Positions 24,281 to 37,129 of a stretch of 64,000 bases of DNA are shown piece after piece. How positions within the stretch are numbered: the first letter of the stretch is position 1; every line of letters begins with the position of its first letter. The notes beneath the pieces are model-generated. The model searched no databases. It was not told the DNA's origin and saw nothing but the letters and a program-made list of their open reading frames with translations. Source of the stretch: Narcine bancroftii (lineage: Eukaryota); assembly GCF_036971445.1 (NCBI RefSeq), contig NC_091480.1:89466001-89530000 (forward strand), given 5' to 3'. Made by a program: the position numbers and the translations under genes.

Positions 24281-25083
24281 TATGGCGGTGCTGTTGGAGC
24301 CGCTGGGAACAACGGGGAGCAAGGGAGCGGAGATGAAGCGCTTGGGGCTTTGAATGGTCCGTTGAGGGAGCTGATAGTGGTTTTATTGAAATCCTGTGAC
24401 TGTGGGTCTGTGTGGACTCTATTAATCTGCAGCAGGCACGAGGGGCTGCAGACTCCGGGGAAGAGACTGGAGCAGGGCACCAGAGGAGGGGAAGATATCC
24501 CACCCCCCCCCCACTTCTGAGAAGGAGAAGCAGAGGAGATGAACCGTGGGAATGGAGACCACAGTGGCAGACCAGTGAGGGCACTCCGTGGCTGAGGGAT
24601 CAAAGCATGTGATGGGCAGCTGGCCACTTGAGGCAAGGAACCCGCAAAAGCAGTGGGCTGCTGGAAACCGCTGTCGGGAGACTCACGCCGGACTGAGGAC
24701 TGCTAGAAATAGGCTCGAACTGGCTGGAAAGGTACCAAATATCAGAACCGGGATCCGAGCAAGTGCTGAGGGTGCTGAAGGATTCCTGGCCGCGTTGGAG
24801 GTTCAGATCTGGACCTAGGGCCGCCAATGGTTTGGACGGGACTCTGTGTGGCTGCGGGGGCTGCAGAAGCTCTGGAGGCAAATCTACTGACACTCGGTGA
24901 CTCTTGGTGGGGGGGGGGATCTCATTTGCTTCTCTCTCTCTCTGACTGTAAGTCTGTCTGTAAGAGGTGCTTAGGCAATACCTGCTGGTGGAGAATCTGT
25001 CTGTCTTGCAGCAGGCAAAAAGAAATTTCATTCAATATGACAGACACTGTTTTATTACTGTGATGATAAACTGAATCTTGAAT
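24281..25083 (+). mobile_element. about 800-bp non-autonomous retroelement with a GC-rich body and (gaatctt)n tail
   Basis: Begins atggcggtgctgttggagcc and ends gataaactgaatcttgaa. Related copies lie at 53786-54545, 60667-61480 and 16839-17090. Confidence 0.6.
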
Positions 25084-25801
25084 TTTGGGAGCACTCTTTG
25101 CCACTGTATGTGTGCTGTCACAGAATGAAGGAAGGTCCCATCAGATGAGTGGTTCACCCTCTATGACAAATAAGTAGCATTTTCCTCCAGAATCTATGGT
25201 GTGTGTTGCTCCCACCCAGTGCTGCTATCTGAGATCCATTTGTTGGCAAACCCTGCCAGATCAGTGTACGATTTGAAATGTCACCAAATAAACAAATTAA
25301 ATATGCTCCCTGTTGTTCTTGTTCCGTCCTTCGGTTGAGAATTATTTTTTAATCCCTCCATTAGTGTAAAGGCAAAAAGGCATGCTAAAAATCACAGCAA
25401 TAATTTTGCCTGCACTATGTACAGCCTTGATGAATTATGCAAAGATGCAGACAAGTATTATTTTTCTAAGACCTAGCTCAAACCAAAATGTGGGCCTCTG
25501 AGTTATTGCTTGGTACACAGAGCACCAATACTTTCCCCTCCCCCTCTTCTCAAATATACACATAAAAAAGTAACAGATGTTTAATGAAAGCATGAATGCT
25601 TTCCAAAGACATTTCAGAAATTGATTCAGAAAAAATATACAGTAAGTGGACACACCTGATATTAGATATTTCTCAACAGCGATCTATAACTCTTGAATAT
25701 TGCAATATATTAAAAAGGAAATGAACTGGGGACACCATGATTATCAAAATATTTGCAATAGAGTTTTACTTTTTTCTTTAAGGTCCCTATTTTATATTAT
25801 A

Positions 25802-26011
25802 CGTAGCGCGTCGAATGACTCAAACCAAGGCTTTTATTGGCTAACACTCCTATTACATCGAGGTCGACCAGTCCAGACTAACCTGGGTCTGGTGAGGAGC
25901 AGCCCTTTATGACCTGCCAGTGGGCATGACTATGGCTCTCAGCCAATCACTACGGCTATATGTAAATATATACAAATAGATACATTGGTGATAGTATCCT
26001 GTACTATCACG
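25802..26011 (-). mobile_element. solo LTR, diverged relative of the 9326 LTR
   Basis: The minus strand reads cgtgatagtacaggatactatcaccaatgta...gattggctgagagc...ccaataaaagccttggtttga...tcgacgcgctacg. Confidence 0.8.
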
Positions 26012-26199
26012 ATATTCTATTTACATCTCTGTTCATATTTCTTATGAACATAAGAAATAGAAGCATCTTGCCCTTCAATCCTGCTCGGCCATTCAAAAAA
26101 GATCATGGCTTATCTGGCTGTGAACTAAGCTCCAATGACCAGATATTTTCCCATTCCTCTATTACCTGTCTATGTCTTAGATTTAATGAGGGAGCTTCT

Positions 26200-26650
26200 A
26201 CTGACAACCAAACAGTGGCACTCACATCAATAGTGATGAGGTGTTTTGAGAGGCTGGTGTCTGAGCAGCAACATAGGTCTGTGCCAATTCATCCAACACA
26301 GCAACAGGTCTATGGCAAATGCCATCTCACTGGCTCCACACAAAGCCCTGGAACACCTGGACAGTGAAGATGCAGCCATCAGGAGGATGCTCTTTATTGA
26401 CCACAGTTCGGCACCATCATCCCCTCAAAACTTATCAGCAAATGCCAAGATCTCAATATTCCACAGTGTCATTGGATCTTGGGTTTCTTCAGATCACAAT
26501 CAATGCAGATTGGCAAGAACATCTCCTCCATAATCCCCATCAGTACCGGATTACCACAGGGCTGCATGCTTAGCCCCATGCTCTACTTGTTTTAAATCTA
26601 TGACTGCGTGGCTTGGTATGACAAAAACGCCATTTACAAATTTGTTGATA
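26200..26650 (+). mobile_element. Rex1/Babar RT fragment
   Basis: VALTSIVMRCFERLV, ALEHLD...RMLFIDHSSA, accggattaccacagggctgcatgcttagcccc (TGLPQGCMLSP) and aaatttgttgat (KFxD). Confidence 0.75.
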
Positions 26651-26709
26651 TTAGTTTTCCACGGTCACAACAGGGAAGAAGCCCAAGTGTGAATGCAGAA
26701 AATGAATTT

Positions 26710-26895
26710 TCAATGACACGTTGCATTTCATGGTTTTGCAGTGGACTTAAAATATGACAGGAAATCACAAAAATAGGTAATATCTAAAAATAGTACCCAA
26801 TGCAAATATTTAAGGAGATCTTCATGATCAGCAACCCAAATTCTATAAAGTACACCCCAAAAGTGTTCAGGAAGAAAAATCTTCATTGTTCAGTG
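26710..26895. mobile_element. Chapaev3-like DNA transposon end
   Basis: Reverse-complement homolog of 54844-55020, ending ...ttgttcagtg|tta. Confidence 0.55.
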
Positions 26896-26926
26896 TTATT
26901 AGGCTAAAAAAAAAGTGAAATACAGT

Positions 26927-27363
26927 CTCTTCTTCTTTGGCTTGGCTTCGCGGACGAAGATTTATGGAGGGGGTAAAAAGTCCACGTCAGCTGCAGGCTC
27001 ATTTGTGGCTGACAAGTCCGATGCGGGACAGGCAGACACGATTGCAGCGGTTGCAGGGGAAAATTGGTTGGTTGGGGTTGGGTGTTTCCTCCTTTGTCTT
27101 TTGTCAGTGAGGTGGGCTCTGCGGTCTTCTTCAAAGGAGGTTGCTGCCCGCTGAACTGTGAGGCGCCAAGATGCACGGTTGGAGGCGATATCAGCCCACT
27201 GGCGGTGGTCAATGTGGCAGGCACCAAGAGATTTCTTTAGGCAGTCCTTGTATCTCTTCTTTGGTGCACCTCTGTCACGGTGGCCAGTGCAGAGCTCGCC
27301 ATATAACACGATCTTGGGAAGGCGATGGACCTCCATTCTGGAGACGTGACCTACCCAGCGCAG
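26927..27363 (-). mobile_element. RTE LINE, 5'-truncated
   Basis: ORF 26962..27336 (RLPKIVLYGEL...) and the standard tail. Confidence 0.9.
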
Positions 27364-27969
27364 TTTGGCAAAAACATGACTATCACCATAGGCTACAAGA
27401 TTTGTAAAAAATAGTCACTGCACTCAGAAGAGAGGCAAACAAGAAAGGTCTCAGATGATGGAAAACTACAGCAACATGCAAAATGCTGGAGGGTCTCAGC
27501 ATCAGCTCTCTGTGGCCTTCTGTGTGACCCACTGAGTCACTGCACTCAAATATTACTGAGTAAGCTTTCAGTGGAACTGTACTTAGACTCAGTTGTGTGG
27601 GAAACATGAAGAGGTTTCCCACAGAAGAAAAAAAAGACAGATGGCTTGTAGGCTCGTTCTAAATCTGCTTAAACAATTTTGCCTTGAGGATGAATGGCTT
27701 TAGGGAGAAGTGAGGCAAAGAGAATAATGCATCAAGGGAAGGTATCATACAGGGACTTTAAAGTGATTGCTTTTCTTTGAAGTATGGGTACCCTGGGAAG
27801 AACTGGTTGAGAGTCATTGCTCACTGATGGAATCAAATGTCTCTTGTCAATAATTTTAGTGTAAGAGTCAATGTTAGTACTAGATGAAATGACATTTGGC
27901 CAACTGCTTCAAGAAAATAATCTGACATCGTGTTCCACCCCAAGGATGTATGCATATCAGAAAATAATA

Positions 27970-28300
27970 TCATCGGCATCTTTCAGCTGCTCCTGTCGGT
28001 AAAGAGATACAGGAGTAACAAGGCCAGGAGGACCAGCACCACCAGGCTGAGGATCAGATTTATCCCTCAGGCCGCGAGAATGCTGAACGACCAAAGGAAC
28101 TGCTCACACTAACCATCCGAGAGCCCTGTATTCACAAAACAATACTTATTCATTTATTTGTATCTATGAATACTTGTCCTGCATATGTATTGTCTGGCTG
28201 GTTGTGTGTCTGCCTGTTTTGTAATGAGGACGGGAGAACGCTGTTTCATCAGGTTGGATTTGTGCAATCAGATAACTTGACTTAACTTGATCTGACTTGA
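27970..28300 (+). mobile_element. Rex1/Babar LINE 3' fragment
   Basis: IFQLLLSVKRYRS...TTRLRIRFIPQAARMLN, with an (acttg)n tail. Confidence 0.7.
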
Positions 28301-29069
28301 TATTGTTTATGAAGCCCAACTGTTGGAAAGTTCTTCAATTTGTCTTCAATGGCTGCAAATTTTCCATTATAACAAAACTGACACTTTGTTCTAAGTGCAA
28401 AGCCTATTAAAGATTTGTGACACCATTTCCCCTTTTGAAGGGTAAGAGTGGAATTAGTTTCATCCCTCCTTACCCCCTCACATTAAAGCTAGTTTAGCAG
28501 CTCGATAATACTTAAACAATGCCCAAAGAATACTGTCCAACAGAGGCAGTCTTCCTTTTCCTGTTCTGACGAAAGGTTTTTGATCTGAAACGTCCACTCT
28601 GCTGTTCTTTCCATAGGTGTTGCCTGACCTGCTGAGTGTTTACATACTGTTTTAATTTCAGATTTCTAGCATGTGTGGCTTTTCTTTGTCTTTTTCAATT
28701 TTTATTAGATTTTTTCAGAAATAGTGCATAAATAGAAATCATTATTCCAAGGTAATTTATTAAAAATATACAGAAATAAGACATATATAAGAAAAATAAA
28801 ACTATTGTATATAAACTCAATATCATAACAGTCCAACAGATAAAAGTAGTAAACACTTAAACAATTATAACATATGATTAATTGAAAAAAAATTTTTTTA
28901 AGTATTATATTATACTACAAATTTTACCCCTTTCCCTTCAGAAGTTATCTGGTAAGTACATATACCATTAAAAGAAACCACAAACTCACAAAACAAGATC
29001 CAAGTGATCTTATAAATTACAAACACAATGAATAAAGGACCCTATAAACTTAGAAAATTTAAATCCATT

Positions 29070-29309
29070 TGTGATAGTACAGATCTATCACCAATGTACA
29101 TAGAGTATATAGTTACTGTATCTAGACTGTGCTTACAGCGATTGGCTGAGAGCAAAGCCATGCCTACTGTCTGGGCCTTAAAGGGTTGTGTCCCTAGCCA
29201 GGTCGGATCATTCCGGACTGGTCGGCCACCTGTGAAGAGCTCCTGTCTTTTGCTAATAAAAGCCTTGGTTTGGATCAACAAGTCTTTGATTCTTTCAACG
29301 AGCTCTACA
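29070..29309 (+). mobile_element. solo LTR of the 9326 family (240 bp)
   Basis: tgtgatagtac...gagctctaca with the 5-bp TSD CCATT (29065-29069, 29310-29314). It lacks the 12-bp duplication seen in the 9326 LTRs. Confidence 0.95.
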
Positions 29310-30298
29310 CCATTACAATAGAAAAACATCTGATATTTCCCAAAAATAAGCATCCCACCATATCAGATAGCAATTGAGTATGTGAAGGAGTGACAACATC
29401 TTTCCATCTCAAAGAGACAGCAAGGGATTGAGACATAGTTAAATTCAAATCAGTTGTCTTAAATGATCCAACAAGGACAATTATACAATTAGGCATCAGA
29501 TTCACATTGAGAACTAAAGGTAAGGTACAAAAGGTACAAAAAATGGAAAGAGAGAAACTAGACCAAAACATATGTAACAAAGTATCTTCTTCAGTCTTAC
29601 ATCCATCACATTTCAAGGAAATATAGAAAAAGTAAGTTCAATGTATTACCTTAAATGGTAAAAGCGAATGTCGGGCACACAAAGAAGATGAATTTACCAA
29701 TTTTAAGATAGAATCCCATGTAGTATCTCAAAATGAAAGTTAAAGATTTTGCTCCCATAATTTTTTAATCTTATCTAGGAAATTATCCTTAGACTTTAAT
29801 AATAAATCAAATATAGCTGATATCAGCTTTTATTGATTCAGTTTACAATTATAAATCACACCTATCATATTTATAACAAGGTCTTGAGGAAGTCTCAACA
29901 CTACAGAATTCAAAACTCCTAATTTGTAGGTATCTAAAGGAATGATGTTTGGGTAGTTTAAATTTAAGAGATAGTTATTCAAGTAAAGCTAAATTATTAT
30001 CAATAATTTAATCTTGAAAAGTTTGGATCCCCAACTTAAGCCATTCATGAAAAGCAGAATCTTGCACAGAAAGTGAAAAAAAGGAACTAAATAGGGCTAG
30101 CAAGTAAAAATCTATCAGATCCAAAACATTTTCTACATTGAAACCAAATTCTCAAAGTATGCTTAACAATAAAATTATCAGTTAATTTGGAAGCAGAAAA
30201 AGGTAATGGCGCTTTTAATTAATCCAAAAAAATGATACAGCTGCTCAATAGTAAAATCTAAAATTAGGTAACATCATTGTGCCCTTCTTCTTAAGGTT

Positions 30299-31139
30299 CT
30301 TTTTTATTTTTCACACTATGAATCATACTGACCAAAATACACACAAACATTTCCTTCTTGAATATACACAGTGTCATTTTCTCCCCTTTTCCCCCCTCCC
30401 TTTCCTCCCTCCTTCACCCCCCATCCCCACCCACTCAACGTTCAACAAATATGATACATTAAACCCATTAAACAATGTCTTCACACAATGAAAATAAACA
30501 AGAAATTTGTGTCATCTACTTTTACATGCTGGGTCAGTTCATTTCGTCTTCTTCTCATTCTGTCATTTTAGGGGGTGGAGGTCTGCAGTAGGACTTCTCT
30601 GTTGTCTTCCATGTACGGTTCCCAAATTTGTTCGAATACTGTGATGTTATTTCTTAAATTATATGTTATTTTTTCCAATGGAATACATTTATTCATTTCT
30701 ATGTACCATTGCTGTATTCTCAGGCTATCTTCTAATTTCTAGGTTGACATAATACATTTTTTTGCTACAGCTAAGACTATCATAATAAATCTTTTTTGTG
30801 CTTCATCCAAATCAAGTCCAAGTTCTTTACTTCTTATATTACTTAGAAGAAGGATCTCTGGATTTTTTGGTATGTTGCTTTTCGTGATTTTATTTAATAC
30901 CTGATTTAGTTCTTCCCAAAACTTTTCCACTTTCTCACATGCCCAAATTGCATGTACTGTTGTTCCCGTTTCCTTCTTACAGCGAAAACATCTGTCTGAT
31001 ACTGTTGGGTCCCATTTATTTAACTTTTGGAGCGTGGTGTATAGCCTGTGTAACCAATTATATTGCATCATGCGTAACCTCGTGCTTATTGTATTTCTCA
31101 TAGTTCCAGAGCATAGCTTTTCCCATGTTTCATTCTTTC
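30299..31139 (-). mobile_element. young L1-clade LINE 3' fragment
   Basis: QYNWLHRLYTT...DRCFRCKKETGTTVHAIWAC zinc motif, G-rich 3' UTR and A-tail. The direct repeat cttcttaaggtt occurs at 30287-30298 and 31160-31171. Confidence 0.85.
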
Positions 31140-31779
31140 TAAAAGAACTGTATTGGCATCTTCTTAAGGTTTTGAGGGAAAACCTTACTAAGACAAGGAC
31201 TCTTATTTTTCCAAGTATATGAGGAAATAATTGAGTCAAGTGAATCAAAAAAAGCTCTGGGAACAAAAACAGGAACAGCTTGGAAAATATATAAAAACTT
31301 GGGTTTTAATAACATTAATTTGTCCAATTTGGGTCATCGAGAGAGAGGAAACCACTGAGCTAAAGACTTCTCAACATAGTTCATTAAAGTAAGAAAATTC
31401 TCTTTAAATAAATTATTATAATTTTTAGTAATAGTTTCACCTACGTAATTACATTAATTTTTAGCTTTTTTAAAAGGAAGGGAGGTATCTATCAGTCAGA
31501 AGAGATCAACTCACTTTTCTGAAGATTTAGTTTATAATGTGAAAATTGCCCACGGTTCCCAGGAACAGAACCCTGTCATAACTTGAGGACTTTCCAGATC
31601 CAAGTCTCCCATAATTTTGTTAATCTCAGATAAATTTTTCCACAGCTTCCTTTCTTCCAAAAAAAATAACCATATGCTTGCTGCTCACACACAATTATTT
31701 TAATTCTTCAAAGCCGGCAATAATGGTAAAAAGGTCCCCTTCACCTATTCAAGTACTAACACATCTGTAAATCAGTGAC

Positions 31780-32265
31780 CAAGTTCATTTATCATCCGAT
31801 TGTACAAGTACAACCCAATGAAACAGAGTTCTCCGTGAAACACACTGCAAGTACACATAGATACATAACGCACATACCGGCAAACGATACAGTAGATATA
31901 TCTAAGTAAATAAATATGATCGTTAAATAAATAGTTGAGTCATGGAGGGTTTATATGAGGGGTTCATCAGTCTCACTGACCGTGGGAAGAAGCCTGGTGG
32001 TTCAGGCTTTCTCGATGGGAGTAGATGAAGGACGTGTTTGGGGTGATAGGGGTCCTCCATAGTCAATGATCCTAGTAAATCCCATCGATAAGGAGGAGGG
32101 AGACCCAAGTTATCCTCTCTGTAGCTCTTATCGTCCAGTAGATTAATCTCTAGTCTCCCCTGCAACCGTACCACACTGTGTTGCAGCTGGCCAGGACAGT
32201 CTCGACAGAGCTTCTGTAGAAACTTGACAGGATCGTGGCCGGCGGCCTTGCCTACCTCAGTCTTC
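31780..32265 (-). mobile_element. Rex1/Babar LINE 3' fragment
   Basis: ORF 31923..32174 contains EDPYHPKHVLHLLPSRK...FFPRSVRLMN. Confidence 0.65.
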
Positions 32266-32382
32266 AGATTTTGATTATATTAGATCAATATTGTAGGCAG
32301 GACCACTGGTTTGGCCTAACTTATGTGATAATGAATTTATTGTCATACATGGAAGTACAATGCATATTTGCACCAAAATTCC

Positions 32383-33152
32383 TACGCATTTACTCACATG
32401 TATAAAAGTTGAATTTTATAGACCATTTTTAATTTTTAGTTTATGTGGTTGACTATTATATGGATCCTTCTTTTGAGGGGCTGAAGTTCACACTAGAATC
32501 CAAAAAAACCATATAACCATATAACCATTTTAGGAGCGGAAACAGGCCACGTTGGCCTTTCGAGTCCGCACCGGTTCACTGATTTTGTGCGCCCTCTTCA
32601 GGCATTGGTCCCAGTAGATCTTCATTCAACAACGATGGGCAAATTCAATGCAGGTGGAATAAATTTGTTACCTAAAATAATTACACTGGGGAAAAAAAAG
32701 TAATAGATTCAGAGAAACAGATGAATATAAGGACAGACTATGCCTGGGAGAAATTCTTTGGAACGAATTAATTAATAATCTAGAGTCTGCACATCAAAAC
32801 ACGTCCCACCAAAGAAAAAAATCCATAAGAATAAAGAGTCGGCGCAAGGTAGTGTTCGAGACCGCGGTAAGTATCTGTGCGGTTGGAGGCTTCTGGGATT
32901 CTGGTTTGTGGGTGGCCAGTGGGAAATCTACATCGAAGGTGCTGGGAGCTCCGGCCTCCGGGAAGCCAGGCCGAGGCACGAGTTCGTGACCAAGGCATCA
33001 AGAGCTCTGGCCTGCGGGGGGTGGGGGCGGGTGGAACTGAGGTCAGAGACTAGCGTCGACCTTTACGTGAGCTTTATGGAAAATTCCAGATATTTTTGCC
33101 CAAAAATAGGTTGGTTTTTACGTGAGATCGACTTTTTCATGAATTTGTACGG
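32383..33152. mobile_element. possible Tc2/pogo-like non-autonomous DNA transposon with a nested CR1-like tail
   Basis: The right end ...tcgactttttcatgaatttgtacgg|ta resembles a CCGTA-type terminal inverted repeat (TIR) with a TA target. The left end tacgcatttactcacatgtataaaagttga is degenerate. An (aaccatat)n CR1-like tail sits at about 32507. Confidence 0.45.
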
Positions 33153-33570
33153 TATGTTTCAATAATGTAGACAGGTTTTCTTGTATGGCAATGTGGGGAG
33201 AGCCTCACAACATGATACCAGCTTCCTCAAGCAATGTACTGGGAAAGGCCTGAAGGTGGTAGTTTGCTTATCTATCAGTTAAATAGAATCTAACAGTGAG
33301 GACTCATATGATAACACAGCTTCCTCAATACTAGCCCAGCAGAATGAATCACTCATCTGTTGACAGGATGAAAATCAGATAAATTCCAATAGCATGAAGA
33401 AAGATAATCTGCTTCAGAAGATTTCTGCCCAGCCAAGTGAAGGAGAAAATAGAATGTATTATTGGGTTGAATGGTACTGAAGGAAGGAAAATGGCAAAAG
33501 ATAACAAGGCTGAGAAAGAGCTAAACTTGCAGACTAATGGTTAGCTGGGTTTTGCATTAGTCTAAATAGA

Positions 33571-34434
33571 CTCCTCCATCAGCCAGCTCCCCACCATGAC
33601 TACATCTCCATTGGGCACACAAAACTCAAAACGGTCAACCAGTTTACCTATCTCGGCTGCACCATTTCATCAGATGCAAGGATCGACAATGAGATAGACA
33701 ACAGACTCGCCAAGGCAAATAGCGCCTTTGGAAGACTACACAAAAGAGTCTGGAAAAACAACCAACTGAAAAACCTCACAAAGATAAGCGTATACAGGGC
33801 CGTTGTCATACCCACACTCCTGTTCGGCTCTGAATCATGGGTCCTCTACCGGCATCAACTACGGCTCCTAGAACGCTTCCACCAGCGTTGTCTCCGCTCC
33901 ATCCTCAACATCCATTGGAGCGCTTTCATCCCTAACGTCGAAGTACTCGAGATGGCAGAGGTCGACAGCATCGAGTCCACGCTGCTGAAGATCCAGCTGC
34001 GCTGGGTGGGTCACGTCTCCAGAATGGAGGACCATCGCCTTCCCAAGATCGTGTTATATGGCGAGCTCTCCACTGGCCACCGTGACAGAGGTGGACCAAA
34101 GAAAAGGTACAAGGACTGCCTAAAGAAATCTCTTGGTGCCTGCCACATTGACCACAGCCAGTGGGCTGATATCGCCTCAAACCGTGCATCTTGGAGCCTC
34201 ACAGTTTGGCGGGCAGCAACCTCCTTTGAAGAAGACCGCAGAGCCCACCTCACTGACAAAAGGCAAAGGAGGAAAAACCCAACACCCAACCCCAACCAAC
34301 CAATTTTCCCCTGCAGCCGCTGCAACCGTGTCTGCCTGTCCCGCATCGGACTTGTCAGCCACAAACGACCCTGCAGCTGACGTGGACTTTTTACCCCCTC
34401 CATAAATCTTCGTCCGCGAAGCCAAGCCAAAGAA
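33571..34434 (+). mobile_element. RTE LINE, longest copy (5'-truncated)
   Basis: FTYLGCTISSDARIDNEIDNRLAKANSAFGRL...TKISVYRAVVIPTLLFGSESW, continuing into ORF 33952..34380. Confidence 0.92.
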
Positions 34435-36871
34435 ATAGACTTCAAAATATTTATTATCAGAGAGACCTATCACACCCATGATCAATTCCAAAATGACTCA
34501 TAATGTGCTAGGAAATCTATACCTTAACTTGGCTGACAGCAATTGTGCAGTGCACATTACATTAAAGATAACTACTCAGTCTTGCGTGCTATTGTACACC
34601 TAATGGATGTATCAGTCAGTTCAGCACTCGGGATTATGTAATGAATTATAAAAATTATAAAATGCTCAGAGAAAAAATGTATTTGATTTCAGGATTAAGT
34701 AGAGTTCAAGGTGGAACAATCTATTTGATGTATTTGCATGTTTTAAAGCTATGTGTAGAGTTTGAGTGTTTACTGTTTTTAACAGTCGTAATTTTTTTTA
34801 AAAGGTCTTTATGAAATATCATCAATATAACTGAAAGATTACAGTGTGAAAAAGATACCAGAGTTAATAAGAAGGGTTAGAATGTCACCCCAAAGAGGTG
34901 CCAGAAGGATGTGGGTTGGAGCAGACAAATTCCCATTTTCTCATCAGTCTTGCCTTGTCTTGGAGGCCATTTGAAGGAGCCAAATTCATCATTTCCTCAA
35001 GTAAAGGATCATTTGGTGAGTTGATGAGTTGGTGCCAGAGCGTTGAAATGCTGGGAGTTGAGAGTTTCTTAGCTGCCGATACTGCTCAGCCAGGACAGAA
35101 AATAGTGAATGGAACAAACAAACAAGCACTGTTCTGAAAATCCCACGCAGCTGAAATGTGTCGGTTCTGTGTAACGGTGCGAAAATATGGGCTGAATTTT
35201 CACTCTTACCCCCAGGCCGAATACTAAATGGTGATTGATGAGCTTCCATTTTAAATGCTGCTCATTTTTTTTTTTCGTTCCCACTTAAAAATAAGACAGG
35301 GTATAAAATGGACAGTGTGTAAAAGAGGAGGAGTCTGAAATGGCAGCCAATCAATAAAAATGACAATTCAGCCCAATTGAGCCTTTAAGGCAATGGACTT
35401 CTGTACTTTTGAGCTGCTCCTGGCCAATCATCTGAGAGCTTTGTGTGCCTTCAATGGCAAGCTGCCAGAAGCTGAGAGTCAATCAATGACAGGACTATGG
35501 TTGACAGGGATTTAGACATCACAATTTTGGCCTGTGCTCAGCATAGTGGGATGTACAGGATAAAGTTACTAAGCAGCATATCCTGAGGACTATTCTGTCT
35601 CAACTAAAGACCAGTGATAACAGAACTGATTATAGATCCCAGAAGTGAGTTTGTTGCTGGATATTTAGAACATGAAGGTATAAGAATGAGAAGCATTTAT
35701 TTATTGTGTCTTCTTCTATCTCATGGCACATCATAGTAAGTTAATTTGTCCTATTGTTGTGAGTCTATCTTACACAAGTGTGTGGCTACAGCAAGTCCGA
35801 ACTTCAGTGCATCTGGACTTGGTACTTAAGTAGATGGCAAAAAGCTCCCATACTCACACTCAGTTGCAGGAAAATTTGCACCTTCAACCTCCGTGGAAAA
35901 ATTCTAGCAGATCATGATGCCAGTATCTCACACTATATCTTATGTTATTGTTGACATGCATCCCGGGACTCTAATTTTCATGACCTCTGTGACGTAAGTC
36001 TAAATTTCTAGCATTGTGTGCTGTACCTAATCATGTGCCCGGATTGCTAAATGTTTCCCTTAATGCCAAGTAAATTCAGAATCCGTTCTTTCCACATTTC
36101 AACTGCACGCTATGCCAGATCAAAAAGAAGCTGCAGTTCCAGGGGACATTGTTTAAGTGCTGTTGGATTTCGCCATCTTCTGCCATCTTCTCAAAGGAAA
36201 CAGTGAGAATCAAAAATTGGAATGCAGACAGTTCTGTTCCACGTAACATGATACACTTGTGGCTTTATAATGATGAAACTTTTTCCTCATGCAGCATATT
36301 GTTCTTTAAGTTGGTATGTTATTTATTTGCTCAGTCTGCAATAAGTAGTTCTTTGGATCTCTTTCAATACACTGTATTCTAGCTGATGCATAAACATAAA
36401 GAACATATCCTCTAGTCACAGGGAAGGATTGTTTTCTACATGTTTTAAATTTTTTTAAAAATCAGAGTAGCTGAATGCTAAATTAATAAAAATACATCTT
36501 AAAAGAGACTTAACATTACTGATCACAAAGTTTCCATTAGTACACCGATTTTAGCCATTGTTGGCAACAAATCTTAAATGTGGTCAAAGCAACAAAGATT
36601 GGCCACTTTTTATAGGACAAATAACAATTTAGTTATAAAATGAAAACTATCATAAAATGAATTAAATTATATCTATTAATAAACAAAGAGTGTAGAGGCA
36701 GAACTGTGTGTTTTACAGAGAACTGTTTATAGCCCACAGCCACATGTCAAACTTTCAGCACGGAAGCTGGTTCACCATCAGTCTAACTTAGAAAACATTT
36801 GTAATGAATCTTTACTCAGATGTGTACTGCATTACAGTAAAAAAGCTTTGTTTTGCATGCTGTTCAAGCAA

Positions 36872-37122
36872 GGGCAGCACAGTTGGTGTAGCAGTTAGCG
36901 AAAGGCCTTTGGTCAGGACCGGGGTTGAAATCCCGCGCTGTCTGTAAGGACTTGGTACATTCGCTTCATATCTGCATGAATTTTCCCCAAGGGCTCTGGT
37001 TTCCTCCCAGTGCTCAAAACTACCGGGGGGGGGGGGGGGGGGGGGGTTGTCTGTTAATTGGGTGTAATTGGGCGGCACGGGCTCGTGGGCCAAAATGGCC
37101 TGTTACGATGCTATACATCTAA
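36872..37122 (+). mobile_element. V-SINE (HE1-like)
   Basis: gggcagcacagttggtgtagcagttagc head, V core and CR1-like tail. Confidence 0.8.
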
Positions 37123-37129
37123 TGCAAAA

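Larger units (their letters stand above)
28690..31560 (-). mobile_element. old L1-clade LINE remnant hosting nested insertions
   Basis: Minus-strand peptides KCDGCKTEEDTLLHMFWS (29305..29616) and KPKFLYIFQAVPVFVPRAFFDSLDSIISSYTWKNK (31139..31327) are L1 ORF2 motifs. Confidence 0.7.

Noticed and set aside
37025-37047. Long poly-G run (also at about 22223 and 43780) as a functional G-quadruplex
   Set aside because: These are homopolymer expansions inside repeats, and their length is error-prone in assemblies.
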